A stretch of DNA of 18,465 nt from an archaeon. GTDB lineage: Archaea > Iainarchaeota > Iainarchaeia > Iainarchaeales > CSSED10-239. The stretch covers positions 1 to 18,465 of the forward strand of contig DAOPNM010000009.1 of NCBI GenBank assembly GCA_035357435.1. Direction: 5' to 3'. A model generated the notes under the pieces. It ran no database searches, was not told the DNA's origin, and was given only the letters and a program-made list of their open reading frames with translations. The translations under genes and the position numbers were made by a program. Positions 6,117-13,911 of the stretch are shown here, one piece after another; the first letter of the stretch is position 1, and each line of letters begins with the position of its first letter.

Positions 6117-7820
6117 ATGCAAAATAATAATTTTAGAGAAATAATTTTAGAAAATGCAATTAAACATAAAGGGAAAGCTGATTTAAAGTTTGTAATTAAT
6201 AGTTTGTTAGCAAAAGATGCATCATTAAAAGAACAAATTAAAGAAATTTCTGATAGCATTAAACCAATAATTTCTGAAATAAATTCTTTATCTATTGATG
6301 AACAAAAAAAGCAAATGGAACAAATTAATCCAAATTTTTTTGAAAAAAAAGAAAAAGAAGAAAGAAATATTTTTGCATTTTTGAATATTAAATCAGGAGA
6401 TAAAATAGTTACAGCTTTCCCACCATCTCCTGAAAAATATTATCATATAGGTCATGCCAAATCTATTTATTTGAATTATCTTTTAGCCAAACAATATAAT
6501 GGTAAATTTTATTTAAGATTTGAAGATACAAACCCTATAAATGTTAAACCAGAATTTTATAAAATCATGTTAGAAGATATTTCTTGGTTGGGTGTTGAAT
6601 GGGATGAACTTCAATATGCAAGTGATTATTTAGATTTATTTATTGAATATGCAGAAAAATTAATTAAAAATAATCAAGCATATATTTGTTTTTGTGATCC
6701 AGATACTTTAAAAAAAAATAGATTTCAAGGAATTCCTTGTAATTGTAGGAATCACACTCCAGAGCAGAATTTAAAATATTGGGAAGAAATGAAAACTAGT
6801 TATCCTCCAGAAAAAGCAAGTTTAAGATTAAAAATAGATATTCACCACAAGAATACAACAATGAGAGATCCAATTATTTTTAGAGTTATAGATGCATCAC
6901 ATCCAAGATTAGAAAAAAAATATAGAATATATCCAACTTATGATTTTCAAAATGCAATAATGGATGGTTATTTTGGAATTACACATAGATTTAGAACAAA
7001 AGAATTTGAATTAAGATCAGAACTTCATCATTATATTAGAAAACTTTTAGGTTTGTATGACACATACACTTATGAATTTGCAAGATTTAATTTAATTGGT
7101 ATGGAATCTTCTGGAAGAAAAATTAGAGAAAAAGTTCAAAGTGGTGAATTAATTGGATGGGATGATCCTTCTTTACCAACATTAAGAGCATTGAAAAGAA
7201 GAGGGTTTTCACCAGAAGCCATTAAGCAACTTGTTATTGAATCTGGTATTTCTAAAGCTTCAGGAACTAAGTTAACCTGGGACACTTTATATAAATATAA
7301 TAGGCGTGTATTAAATGATACTGCTAAAAGATTTTTTTTAATTAAAGAGCCTGTAGAAATCATAATTAAAAATGATCCTTGTAGAAACATTCAATTATCA
7401 CTTCATCCAAAATTAGATTTAGGAAAAAGAAATTTTTCTTGTACAGGGAAATATTTAATAGAAAAATCAGATTTTGATAATTTTAAAAATGGAGATCTCA
7501 TTAGGTTAATTGATAATCTTAATTTTATATGTGAAAATGGAGAATATATATATAAAAACCAAGAATATTTAGAATACAAAAATGCACAAGCTTCTTCAAA
7601 AGCGATAATTCATTTTTTACCAAATGATTCTTCTCAATTGGTAGATGTAACAATTTTAATGCCAGATAAACAATTAATAAAAGGTCTTGCAGAAAAAAAT
7701 ATAGAATTATTAAATATAGGTGATATTGTCCAATTTGAGAGATGGGCTTTTTGTAGATTGGATTCTATAGATGTTCAAAATAATAAAAAAATATATAATT
7801 TTTGGTTTACACATTTATAA
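6117..7820 (+). CDS. gltX: Glutamyl-tRNA synthetase, archaeal/eukaryotic GlxRS type
   Basis: Class I HIGH signature PSPEKYYHIGHAKS (cat ata ggt cat, 6444-6455), then YLRFEDTNP and the Cys cluster CFC...CNC. IYPTYDFQNAIMDGYFGITHRFRTKEF is typical of GluRS/GlnRS. The N-terminal helical domain (ENAIKHKGKADLKFVINSLL) matches archaeal GluRS. AGGT at 6105-6108. Confidence 0.9.
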   Translation: MQNNNFREIILENAIKHKGKADLKFVINSLLAKDASLKEQIKEISDSIKPIISEINSLSIDEQKKQMEQINPNFFEKKEKEERNIFAFLNIKSGDKIVTAFPPSPEKYYHIGHAKSIYLNYLLAKQYNGKFYLRFEDTNPINVKPEFYKIMLEDISWLGVEWDELQYASDYLDLFIEYAEKLIKNNQAYICFCDPDTLKKNRFQGIPCNCRNHTPEQNLKYWEEMKTSYPPEKASLRLKIDIHHKNTTMRDPIIFRVIDASHPRLEKKYRIYPTYDFQNAIMDGYFGITHRFRTKEFELRSELHHYIRKLLGLYDTYTYEFARFNLIGMESSGRKIREKVQSGELIGWDDPSLPTLRALKRRGFSPEAIKQLVIESGISKASGTKLTWDTLYKYNRRVLNDTAKRFFLIKEPVEIIIKNDPCRNIQLSLHPKLDLGKRNFSCTGKYLIEKSDFDNFKNGDLIRLIDNLNFICENGEYIYKNQEYLEYKNAQASSKAIIHFLPNDSSQLVDVTILMPDKQLIKGLAEKNIELLNIGDIVQFERWAFCRLDSIDVQNNKKIYNFWFTHL

Positions 7821-7864
7821 TGTTTAAAAAGAAAAAACATGATTTCTTGGACAGGGTGATTTAA

Positions 7865-8440
7865 ATGATAAGATGGCTTACTGATAATATACTAAAATTT
7901 TCAAATAAAGGTCTTTTTTCTTCAAACTTTTATTATATAAAAGATCTTAATTTATTAATAGATACAGGTTTTTCACTAGATAGAGAAAAAATAATTAAAG
8001 AATTTGGAAAGGTTGTTGATTTCTCTAAAATAGATAAAGTTATTTTTACACATTTACATTTTGATCATATAGGTAACTATGATCTATATCCAAATGCAAA
8101 ATTTTATGCACATAAAGAAGAAATTAATTCTTTAAAAAAAAATAAAATATTAACTATTTTAGATCCATTTTTAGCAGAAAAATTTGATATAAACATAAAT
8201 GATGTTTCTAAATTGTCTTTGCCAAAAAATTATGAAATTATTCATACTCCTGGGCATACCATTGGTAGTATTTGTATCTATGATAACAAGAATCACATTC
8301 TTTTTACTGGTGACACATTGTTTTTTACAAGAAAGGGTAAAGCAGGTTTGCCAACATCAAAACCAGGGGCATTTCCTAATTCTTTAAAAAAATTATCTAA
8401 ATTAAAATATTTGGCAGTTTGTCCAGGTCATGACATCTAA
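7865..8440 (+). CDS. MBL-fold metallo-hydrolase (short form)
   Basis: Metallo-beta-lactamase motifs appear in order: THLHFDHIGN (HxHxDH), HTPGHTIGS, TGDTLF, CPGHD. GGTGAT at 7854-7859 precedes the ATG. Substrate cannot be assigned. Confidence 0.8.
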   Translation: MIRWLTDNILKFSNKGLFSSNFYYIKDLNLLIDTGFSLDREKIIKEFGKVVDFSKIDKVIFTHLHFDHIGNYDLYPNAKFYAHKEEINSLKKNKILTILDPFLAEKFDININDVSKLSLPKNYEIIHTPGHTIGSICIYDNKNHILFTGDTLFFTRKGKAGLPTSKPGAFPNSLKKLSKLKYLAVCPGHDI

Positions 8441-8457
8441 TTAAAAATGAACAAAAA

Positions 8458-11013
8458 ATGTTTGTAACTAAAAAAAAAGGTTTAAGTGAACAAGAAGCAA
8501 AAGATTTATTAATTAAGTTTGGCCCAAATACCATACAAGTAAAAAAAAAAGATAGTGCCCTTAAAATTCTTATTTCTCAATTTACACAAGTTTTAATTCT
8601 TATATTACTTGCATCTGCAATTATTTTATTTTTCCTTGGTGAATCCTTAGATGCATGGGTTATTTTAGCAATTGTTATTGTAAATGGTTTAATTGGTTTT
8701 TCTCAAGAATATAAAGCAAATAAAGCAGTAGATTTACTTAAACAAATGTTAGATACAAAAATAGTTGTTATAAGAGATGGTCAAGAAAAAGAAATTAATG
8801 TTAATGAGTTGGTTCCAGGCGATCTTGTTGTTTTATATGAAGGAAATATTGTTCCTGCGGATATAGAGATAATAGAGGCATATTCCTTAAAAGTTGATGA
8901 AGCTGCACTTACAGGAGAAAGTATGCCTGTAGAAAAAGATGCAAAAACAAAAAATATGGTTTTTTCTGGAACAACTATTGTTTCTGGTAAAGCTATGGGT
9001 ATTGTTAAAAAAACAGGAAATAATACAGAATTTGCAAAAATTGTAAAACTTATAGGAAAAAAAGAAAAAGAAAAAAGTGTTTTAAATAAACAAATTGAGG
9101 TTTTGTCTAAAAATATTATTTTATTTTTAATTATAATTCTTGTATTTATTGTTATTTTAGGTCTTATAAAAGGGCAAAATCATTTACAATTATTTTTAAT
9201 TGCTGTATCTCTTGCAGTTGCTGCTATTCCTGAAGGATTACCAATTGTAATTACATTAACATTGTCCACAGGTACACTTCTAATGGCAAAAAAAAATGCA
9301 ATTGTTAGAAAGATGACTGCAATTGATTCATTAGGTGCAACAACAGTAATTTGTACTGATAAAACGGGAACATTAACATTAAATGAAATAACTGTTCAAA
9401 AAGTTTCTGTATTTTCAGAAACAAAAGAGATTGAGGGTGTTGGTTATTCTCCAGAACCACACATTAAAATAAATAATCCAGATATTTTAAAATTAATTGA
9501 TATTGGAGAAAATTGTAATAATGCAATTGTAGAAAATGGAATCATTGGTGATCCATTAGAAATTGCATTAAAGGTTTTAGCTAAGAAATCAAATTATGTT
9601 AATGATTATAAACTTTTAAATGAAATTTCTTTTTCTTCTGAAAGAAAAATGATGTCTACAGTTCATGAGATTTCTGGTACATATGAACTATTTTCAAAAG
9701 GTGCTTTTGAAGAAATTATTAAACATTCAACAAAAATTTTGATTAATGGTAAAATACAACAATTGACACAAGAACATATTGATATATTTACAAAACTTCA
9801 TGAAAAATATTCCAGAAATGCATTAAGAGTTTTGGCATTTGCATATAAACCACTAAAAGATATATCTAAAATTGATGAAAATAATCTTGTTTTTGTAGGT
9901 ATTTGTGGAATGATAGATCCCCCAAGAACAGATGTAAAGAGTGCTCTAGAATCTGCACAAAAAGCAGGAATTAAAATAAAAATTATTACAGGAGATAATG
10001 CAATTACTGCTCAAGCTATTGCAAAGCAAGTTGGTTTCCCTTCCTATGTTTCTATTGATGCTAAAAAGTTAGATGCCTTAGATGATAAATCTGCAATAGA
10101 ACTTATAAGAAAAACAGATATTTTTGCACGTGCAAATCCTGAGCATAAATATAGAATAGTTGACCTTCTTAAAAAAGATGGAGAGGTTGTTGCAGTTACT
10201 GGTGATGGAATAAATGATGCACCTGCTCTTAAACATGCAGATGTTGGAATTGCAATGGGAATTAAGGGAACACAAGCAACAAGAGAAGTTGCTGATGTTG
10301 TTCTTAAAGATGATAGTTTTTCTTCTATTGTTGTGGCTATAGAAGAAGGAAGAAGAATTTATGACAATATTGTGCTTTTTATAAAATATATGCTTGCTGC
10401 TAATTTTAGTGAGCTATTTGTTGTTGGATTGTTTATAATTTTTAATTTGCCTTTGCCTTTTTTAGCATTACAAATTTTGTGGTTAAATCTGATTACAGAT
10501 TCATTACCTGCAATTGCATTAGGTATGCGACCTGCAATGTCTGGTATTATGCAAAAGAAACCTAGAGAGAAAAATGAAAATATCTTTAAACAAATTTATT
10601 TGTTTCTTATTATTGGAACAATTCTCCAAATAATTGGTGGGTTTGTTTTATTTAGTTATGGTATGCATATAGATTCTAATTTAGGAATAGACACATTTGA
10701 TTTGTCAGAAAAATCATATGCAAGAACAATGTTGCTTTCTGCAGGTGTTTTATTTGAAATCTTTTTGGCAATTGCCTGTAATTCAGATGGGAAATATACA
10801 TTTAAGTCATTGTTTTCAAATAAATGGTTAAATTATAGTGTATTATTGGTTCTTGGTTTACAATTGTTTGTAGTGTACACTCCATTTATGCAAACAATAT
10901 TTAAATTAGCTCCACTTTCTTTTGGTAGTTGGGTGTATTGTTTAATATATGCCAGTTCTTCTTTTTTAGTATACCCTATAGTTAATGGTATACAAAAACT
11001 TTTAAAAAAATAA
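8458..11013 (+). CDS. P-type ATPase, P2 (SERCA/Ca2+-like) cation pump
   Basis: Phosphorylation site ICTDKTGTLT (D301, nt 9358-9372). M4 PEGLP (nt 9229-9243). Hinge TGDGINDAPAL. N-terminal GLSEQEAKDLLIKFGPN. M5 NFSE and M6 LWLNLITDSLPA align with the SERCA Ca2+-site residues as I recall them (N768/E771, N796/T799/D800). Ion specificity is inference. Confidence 0.9.
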   Translation: MFVTKKKGLSEQEAKDLLIKFGPNTIQVKKKDSALKILISQFTQVLILILLASAIILFFLGESLDAWVILAIVIVNGLIGFSQEYKANKAVDLLKQMLDTKIVVIRDGQEKEINVNELVPGDLVVLYEGNIVPADIEIIEAYSLKVDEAALTGESMPVEKDAKTKNMVFSGTTIVSGKAMGIVKKTGNNTEFAKIVKLIGKKEKEKSVLNKQIEVLSKNIILFLIIILVFIVILGLIKGQNHLQLFLIAVSLAVAAIPEGLPIVITLTLSTGTLLMAKKNAIVRKMTAIDSLGATTVICTDKTGTLTLNEITVQKVSVFSETKEIEGVGYSPEPHIKINNPDILKLIDIGENCNNAIVENGIIGDPLEIALKVLAKKSNYVNDYKLLNEISFSSERKMMSTVHEISGTYELFSKGAFEEIIKHSTKILINGKIQQLTQEHIDIFTKLHEKYSRNALRVLAFAYKPLKDISKIDENNLVFVGICGMIDPPRTDVKSALESAQKAGIKIKIITGDNAITAQAIAKQVGFPSYVSIDAKKLDALDDKSAIELIRKTDIFARANPEHKYRIVDLLKKDGEVVAVTGDGINDAPALKHADVGIAMGIKGTQATREVADVVLKDDSFSSIVVAIEEGRRIYDNIVLFIKYMLAANFSELFVVGLFIIFNLPLPFLALQILWLNLITDSLPAIALGMRPAMSGIMQKKPREKNENIFKQIYLFLIIGTILQIIGGFVLFSYGMHIDSNLGIDTFDLSEKSYARTMLLSAGVLFEIFLAIACNSDGKYTFKSLFSNKWLNYSVLLVLGLQLFVVYTPFMQTIFKLAPLSFGSWVYCLIYASSSFLVYPIVNGIQKLLKK

Positions 11014-11023
11014 AAAATTGTTT

Positions 11024-11791
11024 TTAAATTAAAAGAAGTATGGTAAAAAATAAACCTGCAATTATACAATAATATGCAAATATTTTTAATTTTCCTTTTT
11101 CTAAAAGGTGCATAAATAATTTTATACCTAAATATCCTGTAATAAATGAAGAGATTATCCCTGCTAATAATATATTTGTTCCTATTCCTATATTTATTGC
11201 ACTACCAAGTTCAATTACAGATGCACCTATCATTGTAGGTATCCCTAACAAAAAAGAAAATTCTGCTGCATCTTTTGGTTTTAATCCACATAACATTCCT
11301 GTTCCTATTGTACTACCTGATCTAGAAATTCCTGGCAATATTGCTACACTTTGTGCAATTCCAATTATTGCAGCATTTTTCGGATTTATTTTTTGATCAT
11401 GTTTTTTATGATTTATTGCAATAAATAAAAAGATTCCATTTATTATTAATAAAATACACACAATTATTGGTGCACTAAAAACATTTTTAAAAAAGGCTTT
11501 AAAACTAAATCCAATTATTGCAGTTAATATTCCTGCAATTATAATATATAACATATAGTTAATAGAATCTTTTTCCCATTTAAAAAATCCTGATATTATT
11601 TCAATTATTTTTTTTCTAAAATAAATTATTAATGCAATGGTTGTACCAAGCATTATAACTATATCAAATTCAGCAGGTATTTGTAAATTTAAAAGAGTTT
11701 GTATAATAACAAGATGTCCTGAACTAGAAATAGGCAACCATTCTGTAAATCCTTGAATTGCACCAAGTAGTATTGCGTATAATATATTCAT
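11024..11791 (-). CDS. uppP: Undecaprenyl/polyprenyl-diphosphate phosphatase (BacA/UppP family)
   Basis: The N-terminal GAIQGFTEWLPISSSGHL and internal PGISRSGSTI are the two UppP signature motifs. The protein is polytopic and membrane-embedded. It is convergent with the ATPase gene, with a 10-nt gap. Confidence 0.9.
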   Translation of the reverse strand: MNILYAILLGAIQGFTEWLPISSSGHLVIIQTLLNLQIPAEFDIVIMLGTTIALIIYFRKKIIEIISGFFKWEKDSINYMLYIIIAGILTAIIGFSFKAFFKNVFSAPIIVCILLIINGIFLFIAINHKKHDQKINPKNAAIIGIAQSVAILPGISRSGSTIGTGMLCGLKPKDAAEFSFLLGIPTMIGASVIELGSAINIGIGTNILLAGIISSFITGYLGIKLFMHLLEKGKLKIFAYYCIIAGLFFTILLLI

Positions 11792-11807
11792 CTTTTTCTT
11801 ATTTTGT

Positions 11808-11815
11808 TTTATAAA
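11808..11815 (-). promoter_or_regulatory. TATA-like box TTTATAAA about 20 nt upstream of the uppP ATG (would imply a leaderless or very short leader mRNA)
   Basis: Read directly. It follows T7/T6 tracts (minus strand) that lie just downstream of tRNA-Thr. Assignment rests on position only. Confidence 0.3.
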
Positions 11816-11843
11816 CCATTTTTTAAAAAATAAAAAAATAGAA

Positions 11844-11915
11844 AGCCTCCAGGGGGATTTGAACCCCCGACCTCCAGTTTACAAGACTGATGCTCTGCCA
11901 CTGAGCTATGGAGGC
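11844..11915 (-). tRNA. tRNA-Thr (anticodon UGU), CCA not encoded
   Basis: The reverse complement reads GCCTCCA-TA-GCTC-AGTGGC-AGAGC-A-TCAGT-CTTGTAA-ACTGG-AGGTC-GGGGG-TTCAAAT-CCCCC-TGGAGGC-T. The acceptor stem has 7 bp and the anticodon loop CTTGTAA gives TGT. Confidence 0.93.
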
Positions 11916-11932
11916 AATTCTGTTGTATGTAA

Positions 11933-11942
11933 TTTATATTTA
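11933..11942 (-). promoter_or_regulatory. TATA-like element (minus strand TAAATATAAA) about 20-27 nt upstream of tRNA-Thr
   Basis: Spacing to the mature 5' end at 11915 fits the archaeal TATA-to-TSS distance if the leader is short. It sits in the divergent intergenic region shared with the GTPase gene. Position only. Confidence 0.3.
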
Positions 11943-12011
11943 GAAACCTTTATATTTGTTTTTTCTACTCTCTTTTTATTGTTTTTGTAAAATAATTATT
12001 TGTGAGAAAAC

Positions 12012-13211
12012 ATGTTAATAGGAATAGTTGGTGCACCTAATAAAGGGAAAACAACATTTTTTAAAGCTTCTACAATGATGTTAGCAGAAGTTGCAAATTA
12101 TCCATTTACAACAATTGAACCTAATAAAGGTGTTGGTTTTGTAAGAACACAATGTATTGATACTTTTTTTAATGTTCAGTGTAATCCAAGAACTGGTTTT
12201 TGTAAAAATCATATAAGATTTGTGCCTATAGATATAATAGATGTAGCAGGATTGGTTCCAGGAGCAAGTGAAGGGCGGGGTTTAGGAAATAAATTTTTAA
12301 CAGATTTAAATCAAGCAGATGCATTAATCCAAGTAATTGATATTTCTGGGCTAACTGATGAAGAAGGAAAACCAGTAAAAGATAAATCCTATGATCCTGC
12401 ATCTGAAATTAAATTTCTTCTTACAGAAATAGAAAAATGGTTATTTGGTATTTTTCAAAAAAACTTTAAAAAATTAGGAAGTGATCAAACACACAAGAAA
12501 TTAAAGACAATTACTGTTTTATATGATTTTATGCATGCAACTTTAGGGACAAAAGAAGAAGATTTACATACTGTTTTAAAACAATTAAGTTTAGAAGAAA
12601 AAAATATTGTTGAATGGGCAGATGATGAATTAATGGAATTTACAAAAAAAATAAGAGAATTATCAAAGCCAATAATTATTGCTGCAAACAAAATTGATAT
12701 TCCTGGTGCAAAAGAAAATTTGGAAAAAATAAAAACTGAGTTTCCTAATTTAAAAATAATTCCCTGTTCTGGAGAATGCGAATATGCTCTTAAATCTGCA
12801 GAAAAGGGGGGAATTATAGAATATCTTCCGGGTGATAATAAATTTAAACTTTTAAAAACAGATATTTCTGAAAAACAAAAAAATGCATTAGAGTTTATAC
12901 AAAAAACTATTTTGGATGTTTATGGGAGTACTGGTGTACAAAATATATTAGATTTTGTTGTATTTGATATTTTAAAATATATTGCAGTTTATCCTGCGGG
13001 TACAAAAAAACTTGAAGACAAAGAAGGGCGTGTTCTTCCTGATTGTTTTTTAATGCCACCTGGTTCAACAGCTTTAGATTTTGCATATAAATTGCATAGT
13101 GATTTTGGGGATAATTTCATAAAAGCAATAGATGTTAAAACAAAGATGCTTTTAGGAAAAGACTATGTTTTGAAACACAATGATGCTATAGAGATTATTT
13201 CTGGAAAATAA
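12012..13211 (+). CDS. Obg-family P-loop GTPase (YchF/Ygr210-like) with C-terminal TGS-like domain
   Basis: G1 [15 protein letters not shown]2 region [13 protein letters not shown]3 DVAGLVPGA and G4 NKID (N226, nt 12687-12698) are all present. The C-terminal ...[12 protein letters not shown] resembles a TGS/beta-grasp end. Confidence 0.8.
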   Translation: MLIGIVGAPNKGKTTFFKASTMMLAEVANYPFTTIEPNKGVGFVRTQCIDTFFNVQCNPRTGFCKNHIRFVPIDIIDVAGLVPGASEGRGLGNKFLTDLNQADALIQVIDISGLTDEEGKPVKDKSYDPASEIKFLLTEIEKWLFGIFQKNFKKLGSDQTHKKLKTITVLYDFMHATLGTKEEDLHTVLKQLSLEEKNIVEWADDELMEFTKKIRELSKPIIIAANKIDIPGAKENLEKIKTEFPNLKIIPCSGECEYALKSAEKGGIIEYLPGDNKFKLLKTDISEKQKNALEFIQKTILDVYGSTGVQNILDFVVFDILKYIAVYPAGTKKLEDKEGRVLPDCFLMPPGSTALDFAYKLHSDFGDNFIKAIDVKTKMLLGKDYVLKHNDAIEIISGK

Positions 13212-13414
13212 TTGATTTTCTAATATAATATTTTATAAATTATAATATTTAAATTAATTTTTTATTTAATCTTAAAAAAATTCAAGTAGTACGGTATTTC
13301 TTGGACACAAATAAATCATCCTCTTCTAATTTTTTAAATCTTTAAATAAGAAACATATATATTTGTTTCTATCCTAAATTAATATACAAATAAAATTTAT
13401 AAAAAACGATTAAT

Positions 13415-13723
13415 ATGAAGATAAAAGATATAAAACCATTTCAAAAAAAAATAGATTTAATTGCGAAAGTTGTTAATAAAACAGAACCAAGAAAAGTTAC
13501 TTCAAAAATAGACAATATAGAGCATACTGTTTGTGAGGCAGTTTTAGAAGATGAAACTGGTACAATTCTTTTGACATTATGGGATAATGTTATAGATTCC
13601 ATTGATATTGGTAAGATTTATGTTTTTAGAAATCTTTATTCTTCTGAGTTTAAAAATGAAGTAAGATTAAATTTAGGAAGATTTGGCACTTTTGAAATAG
13701 CTAAATCTAATATGGAAATTTAA
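13415..13723 (+). CDS. Single OB-fold ssDNA-binding protein (crenarchaeal SSB-like), no C-terminal tail
   Basis: VCEAVLEDETGTILLTLWDNVIDSIDIGKIYVFRNLYSSEFKNEVRLNLGRFGTFEI parallels the Saccharolobus SSB core as I recall it ([50 protein letters not shown]). W56, Y75 and F79 sit at the positions of its W56/W75/F79 stacking triad. Confidence 0.65.
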   Translation: MKIKDIKPFQKKIDLIAKVVNKTEPRKVTSKIDNIEHTVCEAVLEDETGTILLTLWDNVIDSIDIGKIYVFRNLYSSEFKNEVRLNLGRFGTFEIAKSNMEI

Positions 13724-13771
13724 TTTTATTTTTTTTAATAAAAATATATTTAAATATATATATTCTCTAAA

Positions 13772-13810
13772 TTATTTAGAACTAACATCTTTATTTAGAA
13801 CTAACATCTT
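13772..13810 (+). repeat. Perfect tandem duplication, 19-nt unit TATTTAGAACTAACATCTT x2, directly upstream of tRNA-Ile
   Basis: Copies at 13773-13791 and 13792-13810 are identical. Periodicity also holds for 13772. Each copy carries a TATA-like TTTATTTA junction. The second (13790-13797) is centred about 26 nt upstream of the tRNA 5' end at 13820. Confidence 0.95.
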
Positions 13811-13819
13811 ATACCAAAT

Positions 13820-13893
13820 GGGAGTTTAGCTCAGCATGGTAGAGCATCAGTCTTATACACTGACGGTCACAGGTTCGAATCCTGTAACTCCCA
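13820..13893 (+). tRNA. tRNA-Ile (anticodon UAU), CCA not encoded
   Basis: GGGAGTT-TA-GCTC-AGCATGGTA-GAGC-A-TCAGT-CTTATAC-ACTGA-CGGTC-ACAGG-TTCGAAT-CCTGT-AACTCCC-A. All four stems are fully Watson-Crick paired. The 7-nt anticodon loop CTTATAC places TAT at positions 34-36. Discriminator is A. Confidence 0.9.
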
Positions 13894-13911
13894 TTTTAAA
13901 AAAGAAATATC

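Noticed and set aside
8199-8387. 62-aa plus-strand ORF in an alternative frame inside the MBL hydrolase gene.
   Set aside because: It is fully nested in a CDS whose frame carries all four ordered MBL metal-binding motifs. An overlapping out-of-frame gene is unsupported.
11004-11026. A/T runs in the 10-nt convergent gap between the ATPase and uppP, considered as a special bidirectional element.
   Set aside because: These are simply oligo-T tracts on both strands overlapping the gene ends, the ordinary archaeal termination context in a compact genome.
13349-13370. 7-bp hairpin AGAAACA-tatatatt-TGTTTCT, plus a 10-nt direct repeat TATAATATTT (13224 and 13241), in the 203-nt spacer before the SSB gene. 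Considered as a possible small RNA or regulatory element.
   Set aside because: The elements are short and almost purely A/T, and are expected by chance. There is no GC-rich structured core of the kind that makes the tRNAs stand out, and no ORF or ATG on either strand.
13772-13810. Whether the 19-nt tandem repeat is a CRISPR or mini-CRISPR array.
   Set aside because: There are only two copies, directly abutting with no spacers. The unit is shorter than CRISPR repeats, and no cas genes are present in the window.
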